This document shows positions 1-9,559 of a stretch of DNA of 56,414 nt, one piece after another. The stretch comes from a virus (Duplodnaviria; Caudoviricetes). The stretch covers positions 1 to 56,414 of the IMG/VR virus record IMGVR_UViG_3300005253_000563. One strand, given 5' to 3'. The stretch's first letter is position 1. Each line of letters begins with the position of its first letter. The translations under genes and the position numbers were made by a program. The notes below the pieces were generated by a model. The model saw only the letters and a list, made by a program, of their open reading frames with translations, did no database searches and was not told the DNA's origin.

Positions 1-169
1 CCGCTAGCGCGTCCTCACGCGGGCTGGTGCGATCCTGAGCAGGAGCAGTAGGAGGCGGGGGGCCACCACGACGGGCAATCCCTGGCCGATCCATCAAACC
101 AGAACGAATCTTATTGAGTTGTTGCCGTCTCGCCGCTGCATTAGCTAATGTTGAACCTGTGTCCGGCAT
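1..169 (-). CDS. Partial gene (runs off the left edge), probable virion protein
   Basis: ATG at 169 overlaps the upstream stop (TAATG); frame open to the window edge (MPDTGSTLANAAARRQQ...). Confidence 0.6.
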   Translation of the reverse strand, partial: MPDTGSTLANAAARRQQLNKIRSGLMDRPGIARRGGPPPPTAPAQDRTSPREDALA

Positions 170-1242
170 TAAACTCTCCTCGCCTGAGCTACGGGGGCAC
201 CAGTAGCAGTCTGCTGACGTCTTGCCCTCTCACCCTTCTTAGACTGAACGAAAGTAGCCAACATTCCCGTATCCCCACCAAACCGCTCTCCTAGAAAATC
301 AGTTGGAGAGAACTTGAAGATAGGTGTGACCTTAGAACGACGGAAAAGTTCCTCTTGCTCTACAAAAATAGACCTTCCTGTTTCGGTACGGGTGATATCC
401 TCTTCGGTTGTACCTGTTTCAGTACGAGTAGTGTCTTCAGTCGCAGAGGTAGTCTGGTCTTGAGTAGTAGCGATACTTTCCCGCTGACGTTGTACGTCAC
501 CGTCAATTACGCTCTTAACATTCTCGTTTGTTACTTCCCTACCTGTCTGTCGTAGAACCTCCTCAGCCTGCGTGCGTGTCATACGTGTTATTGTTTGTTT
601 CGCCTTAGAAACAGTTTTCTTCCCAAACGTAGTATCAGTACGCCTTCCTGCCCGCGTACCTAAGAACTGCTCACCACCACCCAAGCCAGCGATATCGAAG
701 AGGTCTTCTCCCCGAGCGGCTCGTTGAGCTAGATTGCCCATATACTCATTCAGTAACCCGCTCATAAGACCCGAACCAGGGTCAAGTAGGATGTTAAGAT
801 CGGCGGGGCTCATCCCCGCAGCAAGCATATCCTGCCCAAATCCCGCAAAGGCGTTAGAGAAGTCATCAAGGAATTCTTCAGGTGTAGGTACGTCAATGTA
901 TACACGATTTCTCTGAAAGATGAATTCGTCACTACGTATAGTTTCCGTGCCCCGTATACGCTCTGTGGTACTGATCCTCTCAGTGCCGGTACGAGTCTGT
1001 CTAGTGTCACCGCTCCTCGAAACGTCTCCTGTACGTGAGACTTCCTCAGCACGCCCAGCAGCCTCTGCGGTCTCCCTTTCAAAGTAGGCATCGATTAGAT
1101 CATCTATACCCCCTCCTCCACCACGACTGATATCAATAGGGTCAGTGAACATATCTGGCAAGAACCCGCTATCGCCATCCCCCTGCCCCTGCCTATCAGG
1201 AACGAAGATTAGTTGACCTTCAGGTGATAATTTCCAGCCCAT
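169..1242 (-). CDS. Hypothetical Thr/Arg/Gly-rich protein, possible internal virion protein
   Basis: 357 aa ORF, TAATG-coupled at both ends, downstream of portal. Confidence 0.6.
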   Translation of the reverse strand: MGWKLSPEGQLIFVPDRQGQGDGDSGFLPDMFTDPIDISRGGGGGIDDLIDAYFERETAEAAGRAEEVSRTGDVSRSGDTRQTRTGTERISTTERIRGTETIRSDEFIFQRNRVYIDVPTPEEFLDDFSNAFAGFGQDMLAAGMSPADLNILLDPGSGLMSGLLNEYMGNLAQRAARGEDLFDIAGLGGGEQFLGTRAGRRTDTTFGKKTVSKAKQTITRMTRTQAEEVLRQTGREVTNENVKSVIDGDVQRQRESIATTQDQTTSATEDTTRTETGTTEEDITRTETGRSIFVEQEELFRRSKVTPIFKFSPTDFLGERFGGDTGMLATFVQSKKGERARRQQTATGAPVAQARRV

Positions 1243-1433
1243 TAGTACAGCCTCAAGTTTCTCATGCGTTGCCTACTCTCTTGCCGTCCTTTACGCTGCT
1301 CTTTAAGTTGAGCATGGACAGACCGTGGGGGGGAGGGTGGTGTCTGCTCCTCAAGCTCCTGAGGAGTGAAATTTCTCTTAGAGCCAAAAACACGTTCGAT
1401 AAGACGGTCAGCTAATTTACTAGGTTTTGTCAT
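1242..1433 (-). CDS. Small basic hypothetical protein
   Basis: 63 aa, TAATG overlaps with both neighbours. Confidence 0.7.
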   Translation of the reverse strand: MTKPSKLADRLIERVFGSKRNFTPQELEEQTPPSPPRSVHAQLKEQRKGRQESRQRMRNLRLY

Positions 1434-3430
1434 TAGACGCCTGCCCTCATACCGGTGGTTCCTGCGGCAGCCATACCCTCGGGGAGGTTATTCTCGGACC
1501 CATCCCTTTGAGTATTGAGACTCAAGGGTCCGACCTCTGGGCTAGGGAGACCAGGTTCCTGCCCTCCTGTATTGCCTGTAATTTGACGCATCTTCTGTTC
1601 TTCCACAAAAGAGGCAACAAACTCCTGATCTCGAATACGGGCAGCCATCTCCATCTCCCCATGTCTCTCTAAGGATTGAGCCATCTGTTCGAGGATAATG
1701 AGAGGGTCTCTGAAGGCTAGGTCTTCCCAGATACGATCCATCTCAGCCGTAGGGTCGTCTACTTGAAGAATCTCCTCTAGGACAGTCATTAGCGACATCA
1801 TCGGGTTGCGTGGGTCAAGAGCCATTCTTGCGGCGGTCATCCGAGCAGTCAGGTCATCCGGCAGAGAAGGCTTTATTACAGGCACAGGCCGGTAATGCCG
1901 CCCTTGATCTAGCTCAGTACGAGGATCAAATTCGAGGGTGAACCAGGATTTCTTGGGCGTAGACGCGTGCAAATCGAAAGCACCAATTATTGGCGCAGCC
2001 TTCTGAAGCTGAGCGAGGACAGATGTCCCCGCCGCTATTCCGAAGTACTTCATACCCCCTAAGAAAGGATCAATCGAACCTAAGGCCGCGTTAGCGACCT
2101 GTTGAGCAAGAACCCCACTAGCGAAATTAGGAGACACGGCTTGAAGAACATTAGCGAGAACCCCCTTCTGTCGCTCCTCCTGAAGGAGTTCCACCAGCCT
2201 ATAGGCGTCTACCGATATTGGGCGCACCCCCAACGTATCTACTGTTTCCTGGGGGGCAAGGACTATGTTACTTCCAATACCACGTTCGTATTTAGGAGGT
2301 TCTGCATTTGATGTTTTGAATACCAGTGTCTCATACGTATTGACAGACAAGTGTTGAAAGATAGTAGCTACAACCTCATTGTACTGTGGTACTTGCTCTT
2401 CAACAGCACTAAGAATAGACCGTCCAATCTCAGCCACTCCAGACGCAGGGCCTTGCCAATTAAGTGCGAGCAGCGCTTGAGGATCAGCACTCTCCTGTAG
2501 TCTGTCGTCTAGGCGGGAAAGTAATGGCTGTTTATACTGATACGAGGCACCATTCACAGCCACACCAACAATGGGGAGTTCATCGTAAGTATACCCATGG
2601 AAATACGGGGGGACGAGCCAACGCCCATCACTTCCTACAGCACTACCAACGGCAGGAATAGAAATACCACTAGCCGACACAGACATACCTACAACCCCTA
2701 ATACCGCCGTGATGCCTTTACGGGGGTTACCCTGACCATCATCCCGGTCATTGCTCCAGAACTCTAGTTTCATTGCCGGAGCACTAGGGTCATAGTCACT
2801 TGTTACGGCAAGGTCAGCATAGACTCCTGGGTAGGTAGCAATCAAATCACCTAAGGTAGTAGGCTTCTCAATAATAATATGATTCAACCCATGCGCATCA
2901 ATATAAGGGTAAACCATACGTGAGTCGAAAATTTCAGGTATTAAAGGCGAGCGACGGTACCTGAGGGCTTCCGTTGTGATATGGAACTTTCCCCAGATCA
3001 TACCCCTCAGGAGTCCTTGGAAACAGACAGTCTCCCAGAAGGGACGTTGTAGACGTTGGACGAAGAGTTCATCCATGTCGTAGACCAGACCCTCCAAAGT
3101 ACGTTCAATCCTCCCCGCCCTACGACGCATCTCCTGGTTCTCGTCTTCAGCCCCTTTAAGGGGTATACGCCAGGTAGTTGGATTACGAGTCATAATAGAC
3201 AGAGCGGCGTCCACAGCAGTACGTGGCTCATTGGATATGAACCTTCGTGACACCCCCAGAGGCTTGCTCTGTTGGAGAATATCTTGGAGTTCGTACATTG
3301 ACGCCCAATAATTTTGTCTTAAATTAAGAGGCTTCCAATATGTAGTCAATTGCCTGTATCTAGTTAGCAACTTATTCTTTAAATCATCTAACTGCTGAGG
3401 TTGGATTAGATCGTGTTCAGGAACAGCCAT
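1433..3430 (-). CDS. Portal (head-tail connector) protein
   Basis: 665 aa, helical N-terminus, near TerL, P/G/Q-rich low-complexity C-tail as in podovirus-type portals; inferred from size, context and composition. Confidence 0.75.
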   Translation of the reverse strand: MAVPEHDLIQPQQLDDLKNKLLTRYRQLTTYWKPLNLRQNYWASMYELQDILQQSKPLGVSRRFISNEPRTAVDAALSIMTRNPTTWRIPLKGAEDENQEMRRRAGRIERTLEGLVYDMDELFVQRLQRPFWETVCFQGLLRGMIWGKFHITTEALRYRRSPLIPEIFDSRMVYPYIDAHGLNHIIIEKPTTLGDLIATYPGVYADLAVTSDYDPSAPAMKLEFWSNDRDDGQGNPRKGITAVLGVVGMSVSASGISIPAVGSAVGSDGRWLVPPYFHGYTYDELPIVGVAVNGASYQYKQPLLSRLDDRLQESADPQALLALNWQGPASGVAEIGRSILSAVEEQVPQYNEVVATIFQHLSVNTYETLVFKTSNAEPPKYERGIGSNIVLAPQETVDTLGVRPISVDAYRLVELLQEERQKGVLANVLQAVSPNFASGVLAQQVANAALGSIDPFLGGMKYFGIAAGTSVLAQLQKAAPIIGAFDLHASTPKKSWFTLEFDPRTELDQGRHYRPVPVIKPSLPDDLTARMTAARMALDPRNPMMSLMTVLEEILQVDDPTAEMDRIWEDLAFRDPLIILEQMAQSLERHGEMEMAARIRDQEFVASFVEEQKMRQITGNTGGQEPGLPSPEVGPLSLNTQRDGSENNLPEGMAAAGTTGMRAGV

Positions 3431-3431
3431 T

Positions 3432-4091
3432 TTAGAAATCTATTCCCCGTTTCTTACTCTTAACTCTCCGGCCTAATTTTCTCATTAGACTACGAGCTTT
3501 CCTTCGTTGGGACCGGTTACCTGTTGTAGCAACCGCACTAAGGTGCGGTGTTTGAAATCCCTGAGTGGTTTTAGGTGCTTGACCCCCTTTAAGCATGGAA
3601 ATATCTCTAGTGCGACGGGGCACTGGAGTCAATTCGGTACGAGGAGTTACACCTGTCTTCTTTAGAGGGTTCCCCTTTTCAATAATCTTATGCTCTTGCT
3701 CAAAAGTAAGGTTTTTAGGGGCCAATACTTGGTGTTGAACTTCATGCCGCGCTAATTCCGTTCCACGAGCCCCAACCAACTCACTCAGTCCCCCAAGACC
3801 TCCGCTTGTAACAATTCCTGTTCGAGTAGTTTTGAATCCTTCTGACCCTCTAATCGCAAAAGCTACGAAGTTAGGGGATGTCCTAAAATGCTTAGCCAAA
3901 GAGGTATCAAGGCGTACAGGCTGTGGTCGAGTAGCGAAGCCCGACTTTTTCACTATCTTCTGCTCAGTGGGAGATAGCGCAGCAATAGCAGCTTCTTGCT
4001 TTTTAGCGAAAGCCCGTAGCCTCTGCTCAGGATTTCCTATCATCCGCCGTCGTGCCCTACTCGAAATTACGTGGTCAGGTTTATGGGGCAT
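3432..4091 (-). CDS. Basic protein with HExxH (ARHEVQH) motif
   Basis: 219 aa, Arg/Lys-rich termini, zincin-like motif, tightly coupled between TerL and portal. Confidence 0.6.
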   Translation of the reverse strand: MPHKPDHVISSRARRRMIGNPEQRLRAFAKKQEAAIAALSPTEQKIVKKSGFATRPQPVRLDTSLAKHFRTSPNFVAFAIRGSEGFKTTRTGIVTSGGLGGLSELVGARGTELARHEVQHQVLAPKNLTFEQEHKIIEKGNPLKKTGVTPRTELTPVPRRTRDISMLKGGQAPKTTQGFQTPHLSAVATTGNRSQRRKARSLMRKLGRRVKSKKRGIDF

Positions 4092-5894
4092 TTATCTCAT
4101 CCAGGGCTCAGCGACCCTAGTCCCCTCCTTCTGACGGCTAAGCACCACCCCTGTTGGCCCTACAACTACTGTCTCTCCCGGCTCTATAGGCCTACTCTCT
4201 CCATACTCTTTCGGGGGAGCCATAGCTCTCGCACCTGTTAAAGGAGCAATATAACAAAGACCAGCATAGCACATTACGATATCATCCTTCTGACCTTTAC
4301 CTACCGCCTTGAGGCCATCCCTCTTCTGTGCTACTTTCATCAGAGTGAACGCGCCCATCTGACGCACACCCCAAGCGTCTCGGGTCTTAAATGTACTATC
4401 GAACACCGCCGCACGAAGAGCACCAAGAATGGCCTGTCGCATCTGGTTAGGATGACCCCAGGGGCTTTCTACGGGCTTATCAATCCTCATAGATTTACCT
4501 GGTTCAATGAAATACCAAAGGTTTTTATAGCCAATTTCTTGAATCTTAGCTACACATACCGACCCCAGCGCATCACGCTCGCCTCCCAACAAGGCGTTAT
4601 TGTAAAATCGCGCAATAGCCACTGCCATTGGGGCAACTTCTTGTGGTGCGGCTTTAACACACAACCGAGCCGCAAGTATCATACTGGCGCAATCCAGTAC
4701 ATTGATAGCCGAATAATCAGCAGCGGCATCCAACCCCCCACCAGCACAGTCCACCCACACAGCATAAGGACGGCCTAAATCGGGATGTTGCCAAATATGG
4801 AGACCATCCCCCCCAAAAGTTACTGAGCTACCTAACACCGATTGTACGATTTCCAAAGGCTCCTCAATACCATCCCGGAGTCTCTTCAAGTGATCAATAC
4901 CGTCCAGTGACGCGAAATAGTTACCTCCTTTAGATAGGAAGCAACCCTCTAGCGTCTCAACATACTCTTGTAGGAAGGGAGCATCAGTCCTATCCTGCTC
5001 CTTTTTCCTAACACGCCGCCACATTATCTGGCCCACGTCCAATCCCACTTCTACCATGAGTTTCTCCTCATCAGCAGTGGGGTGAAACTCACGAAGTATT
5101 TGTGCCCACACCTCAGAGGAATACGTGAGATCGCAAGCAGTCGTATCAGAGAGAGTGCCCGCACGATAGCGGGGTTCGATATGCCAGGGATAGAAGTGTG
5201 TAGACCAACTCGACATAGGATCGTACAGTTGAGAGCCCTGCACTAGACTATGAAACTCACCTTCAGCTCCATTGGGGGTGGATTCAATATCCAACCACCC
5301 TACAGGAGCACCAGGCACTGAGGGGAGAATACCCCCCAACAAGGCTTTTGCGCGCTCATTGGGCCAGTGGGCATATTCCGACAAATGAACTATACCGGCA
5401 GAGTACGCACGACCTGCCGTTAATTCATTTCCCGACCCCCAAAGGTAACGAGCACCTGTATCAGTAAAGACCAACTCTTCCTTACTGGAACGATGAGGAT
5501 GGGGAAAGCCTTTCTGCTCTAAGTCCCTCAGGTGATGTTCAATACGAGCGCGAAAAGTCGCAGTGGTTTGGTCATCTTGCGTCATTGTTAGACACGTCAT
5601 ACTGTGCGGCCCCACCATCCTACGGAGGTTCTTAGCTAATATGAAGGAGGATGCGCGAGTTTGACGGCCCTTGATAGTAATATCACGTCCAGTCTTGTTG
5701 TGAGACATCTGTATCTGCTGGGGGTACAGATGAAAGTCTACGACCATACCCCCCTTTTCAGAAGGAATAGTTAAGAGAGTCTCTATCCAATCAATTTCAT
5801 CCTGGGGTTCTTCGCCGAAGAATAACCGCTGGACGTTAGGGTCAGAGTAGTCTCCTTGCTCGAACCTCGTAAGGGCGGTTGTCTTGGGAGGCAT
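4092..5894 (-). CDS. terL: Terminase large subunit
   Basis: KGRQTRASS (Walker A-like), VHLSEYAHW (Walker B), IESTPNG coupling motif, FLQEY, nuclease VWVD...DYS...KDDIVM. Confidence 0.92.
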   Translation of the reverse strand: MPPKTTALTRFEQGDYSDPNVQRLFFGEEPQDEIDWIETLLTIPSEKGGMVVDFHLYPQQIQMSHNKTGRDITIKGRQTRASSFILAKNLRRMVGPHSMTCLTMTQDDQTTATFRARIEHHLRDLEQKGFPHPHRSSKEELVFTDTGARYLWGSGNELTAGRAYSAGIVHLSEYAHWPNERAKALLGGILPSVPGAPVGWLDIESTPNGAEGEFHSLVQGSQLYDPMSSWSTHFYPWHIEPRYRAGTLSDTTACDLTYSSEVWAQILREFHPTADEEKLMVEVGLDVGQIMWRRVRKKEQDRTDAPFLQEYVETLEGCFLSKGGNYFASLDGIDHLKRLRDGIEEPLEIVQSVLGSSVTFGGDGLHIWQHPDLGRPYAVWVDCAGGGLDAAADYSAINVLDCASMILAARLCVKAAPQEVAPMAVAIARFYNNALLGGERDALGSVCVAKIQEIGYKNLWYFIEPGKSMRIDKPVESPWGHPNQMRQAILGALRAAVFDSTFKTRDAWGVRQMGAFTLMKVAQKRDGLKAVGKGQKDDIVMCYAGLCYIAPLTGARAMAPPKEYGESRPIEPGETVVVGPTGVVLSRQKEGTRVAEPWMR

Positions 5895-5895
5895 T

Positions 5896-6402
5896 TTATC
5901 TTACCGCAGGAAGTTTTGACTTCCCCTTGTTCTTTGCTCCATAATGCAATAAGGCTCGCCGACGTTCTCGGGTATTCTGTTGAAACTTGCCCGCGTGTTG
6001 TGTCTGAACTCCTGACATTAAATCTTGTGAGCCTTGTCCGGCAGCTCTAATTGCAGGATGTTTAGCCTTCCCAGTAGGGAGAATGTGTGCCACTTCATGG
6101 CGGGCAATAGGCAAGAGTTTGGTTTGGGGTGCGACTAAATCGCCTTTCTTATCGGTAAAGAAGTATATTGTAGGTCTCGATGCCTCAGGATCGACACTAG
6201 CAAAAGCAGCAGCCACCTTTGTGCCTCGCCTCAGTCCTTGATCAATTACTGTAGATGTTTTTACAGAAATCTGCGAACGTATATGCTCAGGCAATTCGGA
6301 GAGAGCCTTTCTCACAACCGTAGTTGCTTGGCCTCGTGCTCGACGACGCGTTGAAAGGTGTCGCCTCACATGTTTACGACGAGAGCGATTACTTTGTGGC
6401 AT
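5896..6402 (-). CDS. Basic protein with HExxH (ARHEVAH) motif
   Basis: 168 aa, Arg-rich N-terminus, zincin-like motif. Confidence 0.6.
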   Translation of the reverse strand: MPQSNRSRRKHVRRHLSTRRRARGQATTVVRKALSELPEHIRSQISVKTSTVIDQGLRRGTKVAAAFASVDPEASRPTIYFFTDKKGDLVAPQTKLLPIARHEVAHILPTGKAKHPAIRAAGQGSQDLMSGVQTQHAGKFQQNTRERRRALLHYGAKNKGKSKLPAVR

Positions 6403-6515
6403 TATCTACCTCGCCACCAAGGGAGAAAGCGTCTTCCACCCCACCATAGGAGAACTACCACGCCCAAGAAGGTGTCTATGGAATTTACTAAAGTCCAAAG
6501 GTCGTTGACACCCAC
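6402..6515 (-). CDS. 37 aa single-TM microprotein (not in ORF track)
   Basis: GTG after GGAGGG RBS; MGVNDLWTLVNSIDTFLGVVVLLWWGGRRFLPWWRGR; stop overlaps next ATG (TAATG). Confidence 0.55.
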   Translation of the reverse strand: MGVNDLWTLVNSIDTFLGVVVLLWWGGRRFLPWWRGR

Positions 6516-6552
6516 AATTATCACCCTCCGTCACTGTGGTCACCTCTAACTC

Positions 6553-7116
6553 CTAGAAAAAGCCAATACGTGTCTGTAGGCTCTGTACTCTACCTAATTG
6601 AAGTTGTTCTTTGTCCTGTATCCTAGCCGTAGCTTCTGCGCTTGCACGGGTCGTTCCACGCCGACCTCTCGCCGCCTTTTTTACTTTCATCCTCTGTTCC
6701 GCACCAAATCTAGCACGAGTCATTCCTCGGGGAAAAATGCTCTCACGAAATTCCTCCTGCTTTGCACGAACATTAGCCCTACCAATCCTACGCCCACGCG
6801 CTGCCGTACCTGGGGCTCCTCTTGCGCTACGGCGTCTTATTCGCCCGGTAGCGCCTGGAGCCACCATTCCCGGTCCAGGTGCTACTCCTACGGGACCGGG
6901 TATCCCTGTCCCACCACTGCCAACAGGAGGTCGGCGGGGAGGTACTTTTCTACCAGTAGGTGCTCCCCGAGCACCAATAGCCGCAAAGATATCAGTCGGT
7001 GTCATCTGTCCCGACTGAAACCCTTTAGTTATCTTTGCCGTAAATGCGGCATCTGATGCCCCCGCCTTAAACCGCTTTCGGGCACTACGTATAAATGCAG
7101 AATCACCTATAGGCAT
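6553..7116 (-). CDS. Very basic Arg/Gly/Pro-rich protein
   Basis: 187 aa, TAATG-coupled. Confidence 0.65.
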   Translation of the reverse strand: MPIGDSAFIRSARKRFKAGASDAAFTAKITKGFQSGQMTPTDIFAAIGARGAPTGRKVPPRRPPVGSGGTGIPGPVGVAPGPGMVAPGATGRIRRRSARGAPGTAARGRRIGRANVRAKQEEFRESIFPRGMTRARFGAEQRMKVKKAARGRRGTTRASAEATARIQDKEQLQLGRVQSLQTRIGFF

Positions 7117-7265
7117 TACTTCCTCTTCTCCTTACATCTAGAAGCAACGAAACGTCGTTGTTTGTCACTATCAAAGTTTCCCTCATGAAGTATCTTACAT
7201 GCCTTATGGGACTTCAATTTACTTTTACTCCGAACAGTAGCACGCTTCTTGCGACTATCCGACAC
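7116..7265 (-). CDS. 49 aa Lys/Arg-rich microprotein (not in ORF track)
   Basis: MSDSRKKRATVRSKSKLKSHKACKILHEGNFDSDKQRRFVASRCKEKRK; TAATG overlap with next gene. Confidence 0.55.
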   Translation of the reverse strand: MSDSRKKRATVRSKSKLKSHKACKILHEGNFDSDKQRRFVASRCKEKRK

Positions 7266-7304
7266 GGACTTACTTGTTCCCAGAGTTTCAGGCACTAAGC
7301 CTTC

Positions 7305-7658
7305 TCAAGTCCCTGTGTCTGCTACGAACGGACGTGCTAGAAGGACATGCAACTCCTGTATCTGTCCCTTCAGAGCACCAATCTTCTGATCTAGTATTTG
7401 ATCCTGACGCTTGTACTCCTCTAGTTGCTCATACGGGGGCTTTGTAGGAGGAGCAGCCCTCTCAACCGAAGACGACATAGGGTACATCTTGGCGAATAGT
7501 TCGCTCTGCTCCTGACGAAGACTCTTCAGTTCCTGAATGAGCTTCGTCAGGAACTCAGGTGTCTGTGACACGTGGTCGGCAGGGACAGACTGGCTGGGAG
7601 CGTTGTTATCCTGAGCAGGAGTAACGATTGTGTTCTTGTGGTCTTGGCTACAAGGCAT
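7305..7658 (-). CDS. Coiled-coil hypothetical protein
   Basis: 117 aa, AGGAGG RBS, heptad pattern. Confidence 0.65.
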   Translation of the reverse strand: MPCSQDHKNTIVTPAQDNNAPSQSVPADHVSQTPEFLTKLIQELKSLRQEQSELFAKMYPMSSSVERAAPPTKPPYEQLEEYKRQDQILDQKIGALKGQIQELHVLLARPFVADTGT

Positions 7659-7668
7659 ACTACGCCTC

Positions 7669-8358
7669 CTAGACGATTATGCCGGTTTCGCCTTCAACCC
7701 ATATCCAAGTGGAAAAGTAATTGAAGGTTGCCTTACCAATAGTGAGTGTTATCTCAGACGGACCAATAACACACGCCATAGGGTCTTTAGCCCGCGCACT
7801 ATAAGCAAGACGTGTGAACATACCCTCTTCACTACTTCCTGCCTCCGGGGCCGCACCAAGAGTAGCATTTGCGCGCCAAATCTCCTGATACCTGTTACCT
7901 GCCGTTGCTGGCGACGTAATTGCCGTAACATCGCTCTGGACAGTAACACCCGAACCCGCAGCCAGGTCATTCTTCATATTGTAGACGGTCTGAGCCGTTC
8001 CGCCTGTAGGTGTGGTGTCCAACGAGTCGGCAAAGGCCAATATTGCTTCCATATCTTGGTCATCCACCAAATCATCAATATTGAGTTCCATATTGACTAG
8101 GAATACAGTGACTCCCTGAGGAACCTGCATATGAACATCAGGCTTGGTGGCATCATAAGCACCCGCAGATGCTACAACTGAAGTGCCCGTTCCAATATTA
8201 ACCATTTTGACGTTGCCCTGCAACAAGTGGTTAAGATACCAGTCTGCGGTAAACTGCACTCCATCAAAAGTCGCACGGGGCGGTGCGGTAGCTGCTCTAT
8301 ATCCTACACCCGTCTGGCTCCGCTCGACCAGGGGTTCCACATCTCGTGTGTTAGTCAT
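7669..8358 (-). CDS. Putative virion (decoration-type) protein, paralog B
   Basis: AAGGAG RBS; clear similarity to 8394..9071. Confidence 0.7.
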   Translation of the reverse strand: MTNTRDVEPLVERSQTGVGYRAATAPPRATFDGVQFTADWYLNHLLQGNVKMVNIGTGTSVVASAGAYDATKPDVHMQVPQGVTVFLVNMELNIDDLVDDQDMEAILAFADSLDTTPTGGTAQTVYNMKNDLAAGSGVTVQSDVTAITSPATAGNRYQEIWRANATLGAAPEAGSSEEGMFTRLAYSARAKDPMACVIGPSEITLTIGKATFNYFSTWIWVEGETGIIV

Positions 8359-8393
8359 TCGATTCGTTCTCCTTTTGATTTCCTAGTTCGAGC

Positions 8394-9071
8394 TTAGATA
8401 GCCTTATTCGCATTAAGTTCAATCCACACGAGTCTGCCAAAGAATGTGAATGCACCTTTTGCAACGTGAACTGATAATTCGGAGGCACCAACAATACAGG
8501 CCGTAGGGTCATCACGCCGAGCGTCAAAGGATACACGATCAGGCATCCGCCCTTCTTCATTTTGAGCCGCCACAGCCGTCGCACCGAATACGCCATGGGC
8601 TCGCCAGAGTTCCTGATACCTTCCGCTCATAGCAGTAATAGTAGCCGTGTACCCTACCGCCACATTACTACGTGCGGGCAGGTCATTCTTCATATTGTAG
8701 ACAGTTACGCCCGTAGCACTATCCGTAGTATCGAGAGAATTAGAGAAGGCCACTACCAGCTCTAGATCAGTGTCATCAATCGTCAAGTCGATGTTGAGTT
8801 CAAGGGATACAGGGATAACAACAGTTCCACTAGGAATCTGCATGTGTATATCGGGAGTGGTATTCACCCATGCCCCCGCAGAGGTAACAGGGTCGCTAGC
8901 AGAACCAATATTGCACATCTTGACATTACCCTGCAACAGGTGATTCATATACCAGTCAGTTGTGAACTGTGCTCCGTCTAGTGTGGCGCGAGGTAGCGCG
9001 GGCTCGTCGGTGTAGGTTACACCTGTTTGACTGCGCTCGATACGTGGCTCCACACGCGCAGTTTCATACAT
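8394..9071 (-). CDS. Putative virion (decoration-type) protein, paralog A
   Basis: Start moved to ATG 9071 (GAGGAGG RBS, aligns with paralog N-terminus). Confidence 0.7.
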   Translation of the reverse strand: MYETARVEPRIERSQTGVTYTDEPALPRATLDGAQFTTDWYMNHLLQGNVKMCNIGSASDPVTSAGAWVNTTPDIHMQIPSGTVVIPVSLELNIDLTIDDTDLELVVAFSNSLDTTDSATGVTVYNMKNDLPARSNVAVGYTATITAMSGRYQELWRAHGVFGATAVAAQNEEGRMPDRVSFDARRDDPTACIVGASELSVHVAKGAFTFFGRLVWIELNANKAI

Positions 9072-9129
9072 ATAGTAATTCCTCCTCTTGCAAGAGTAGA
9101 TTGGACAACATGCGTCGCCCACTACTTGT

Positions 9130-9159
9130 ATTGTATAGGGGAGAGGAAAGAAATGTCAA
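9130..9159 (-). promoter_or_regulatory. sigma70-type promoter
   Basis: TTGACA-N18-TACAAT upstream of the paralog pair/packaging operon. Confidence 0.7.
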
Positions 9160-9181
9160 GTAGTAATGTTTATGAATACCA

Positions 9182-9216
9182 CAACGCCCCCTCTCAACTC
9201 ACAGGAGGGGGCGTTG
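9182..9216 (-). terminator. Hairpin, probable intrinsic terminator
   Basis: CAACGCCCCCTC / GAGGGGGCGTTG 12-bp inverted repeat in intergenic DNA; U-tract weak. Confidence 0.5.
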
Positions 9217-9250
9217 CCGCGACTCCGGGTTCGACTACCGGCCTAAGATA

Positions 9251-9544
9251 CTAAACTTCAGGCGTAGTCCCCATTATCCCCATGTATCTTTGCATGGTAT
9301 GGGATTCACGCACTTTAGGATTAACTCTAGAAAATCCCTTGTCTACAACTTCAACTATTTCCTTCCAGGTTTCCTCAGTGAAGGTTACAGTTCCTGCAAT
9401 AGGGAAGTTTACACGTAATTCGCCATAATCTTTGACCCTGAACGATACTGCTGTTTCACAGTACGGAATGGGGGCATCCTCCACAGGATCGCTAGGTTGA
9501 ATGTCCTGTAACACTGCTCGTGCTTCTAAATCCATACGAATCAT
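9251..9544 (-). CDS. Hypothetical protein
   Basis: 97 aa ORF with purine-rich RBS. Confidence 0.6.
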   Translation of the reverse strand: MIRMDLEARAVLQDIQPSDPVEDAPIPYCETAVSFRVKDYGELRVNFPIAGTVTFTEETWKEIVEVVDKGFSRVNPKVRESHTMQRYMGIMGTTPEV

Positions 9545-9559
9545 CCTTCCCTATTTAGT

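Noticed and set aside
1-3000. CTAG seemed frequent
   Set aside because: A rough by-eye count is near random expectation; it is just not depleted, and a proper k-mer test is needed
6598-7056. Long + strand ORFs opposite the basic protein, and similar shadow ORFs opposite the tail fibre (53621-54145, 55721-56332)
   Set aside because: Antisense shadows of real genes, with no RBS or motifs
9225-9241. ccgggttcgactaccgg, a T-arm-like sequence
   Set aside because: No acceptor or anticodon arm around it and the stem has a mismatch; not a tRNA
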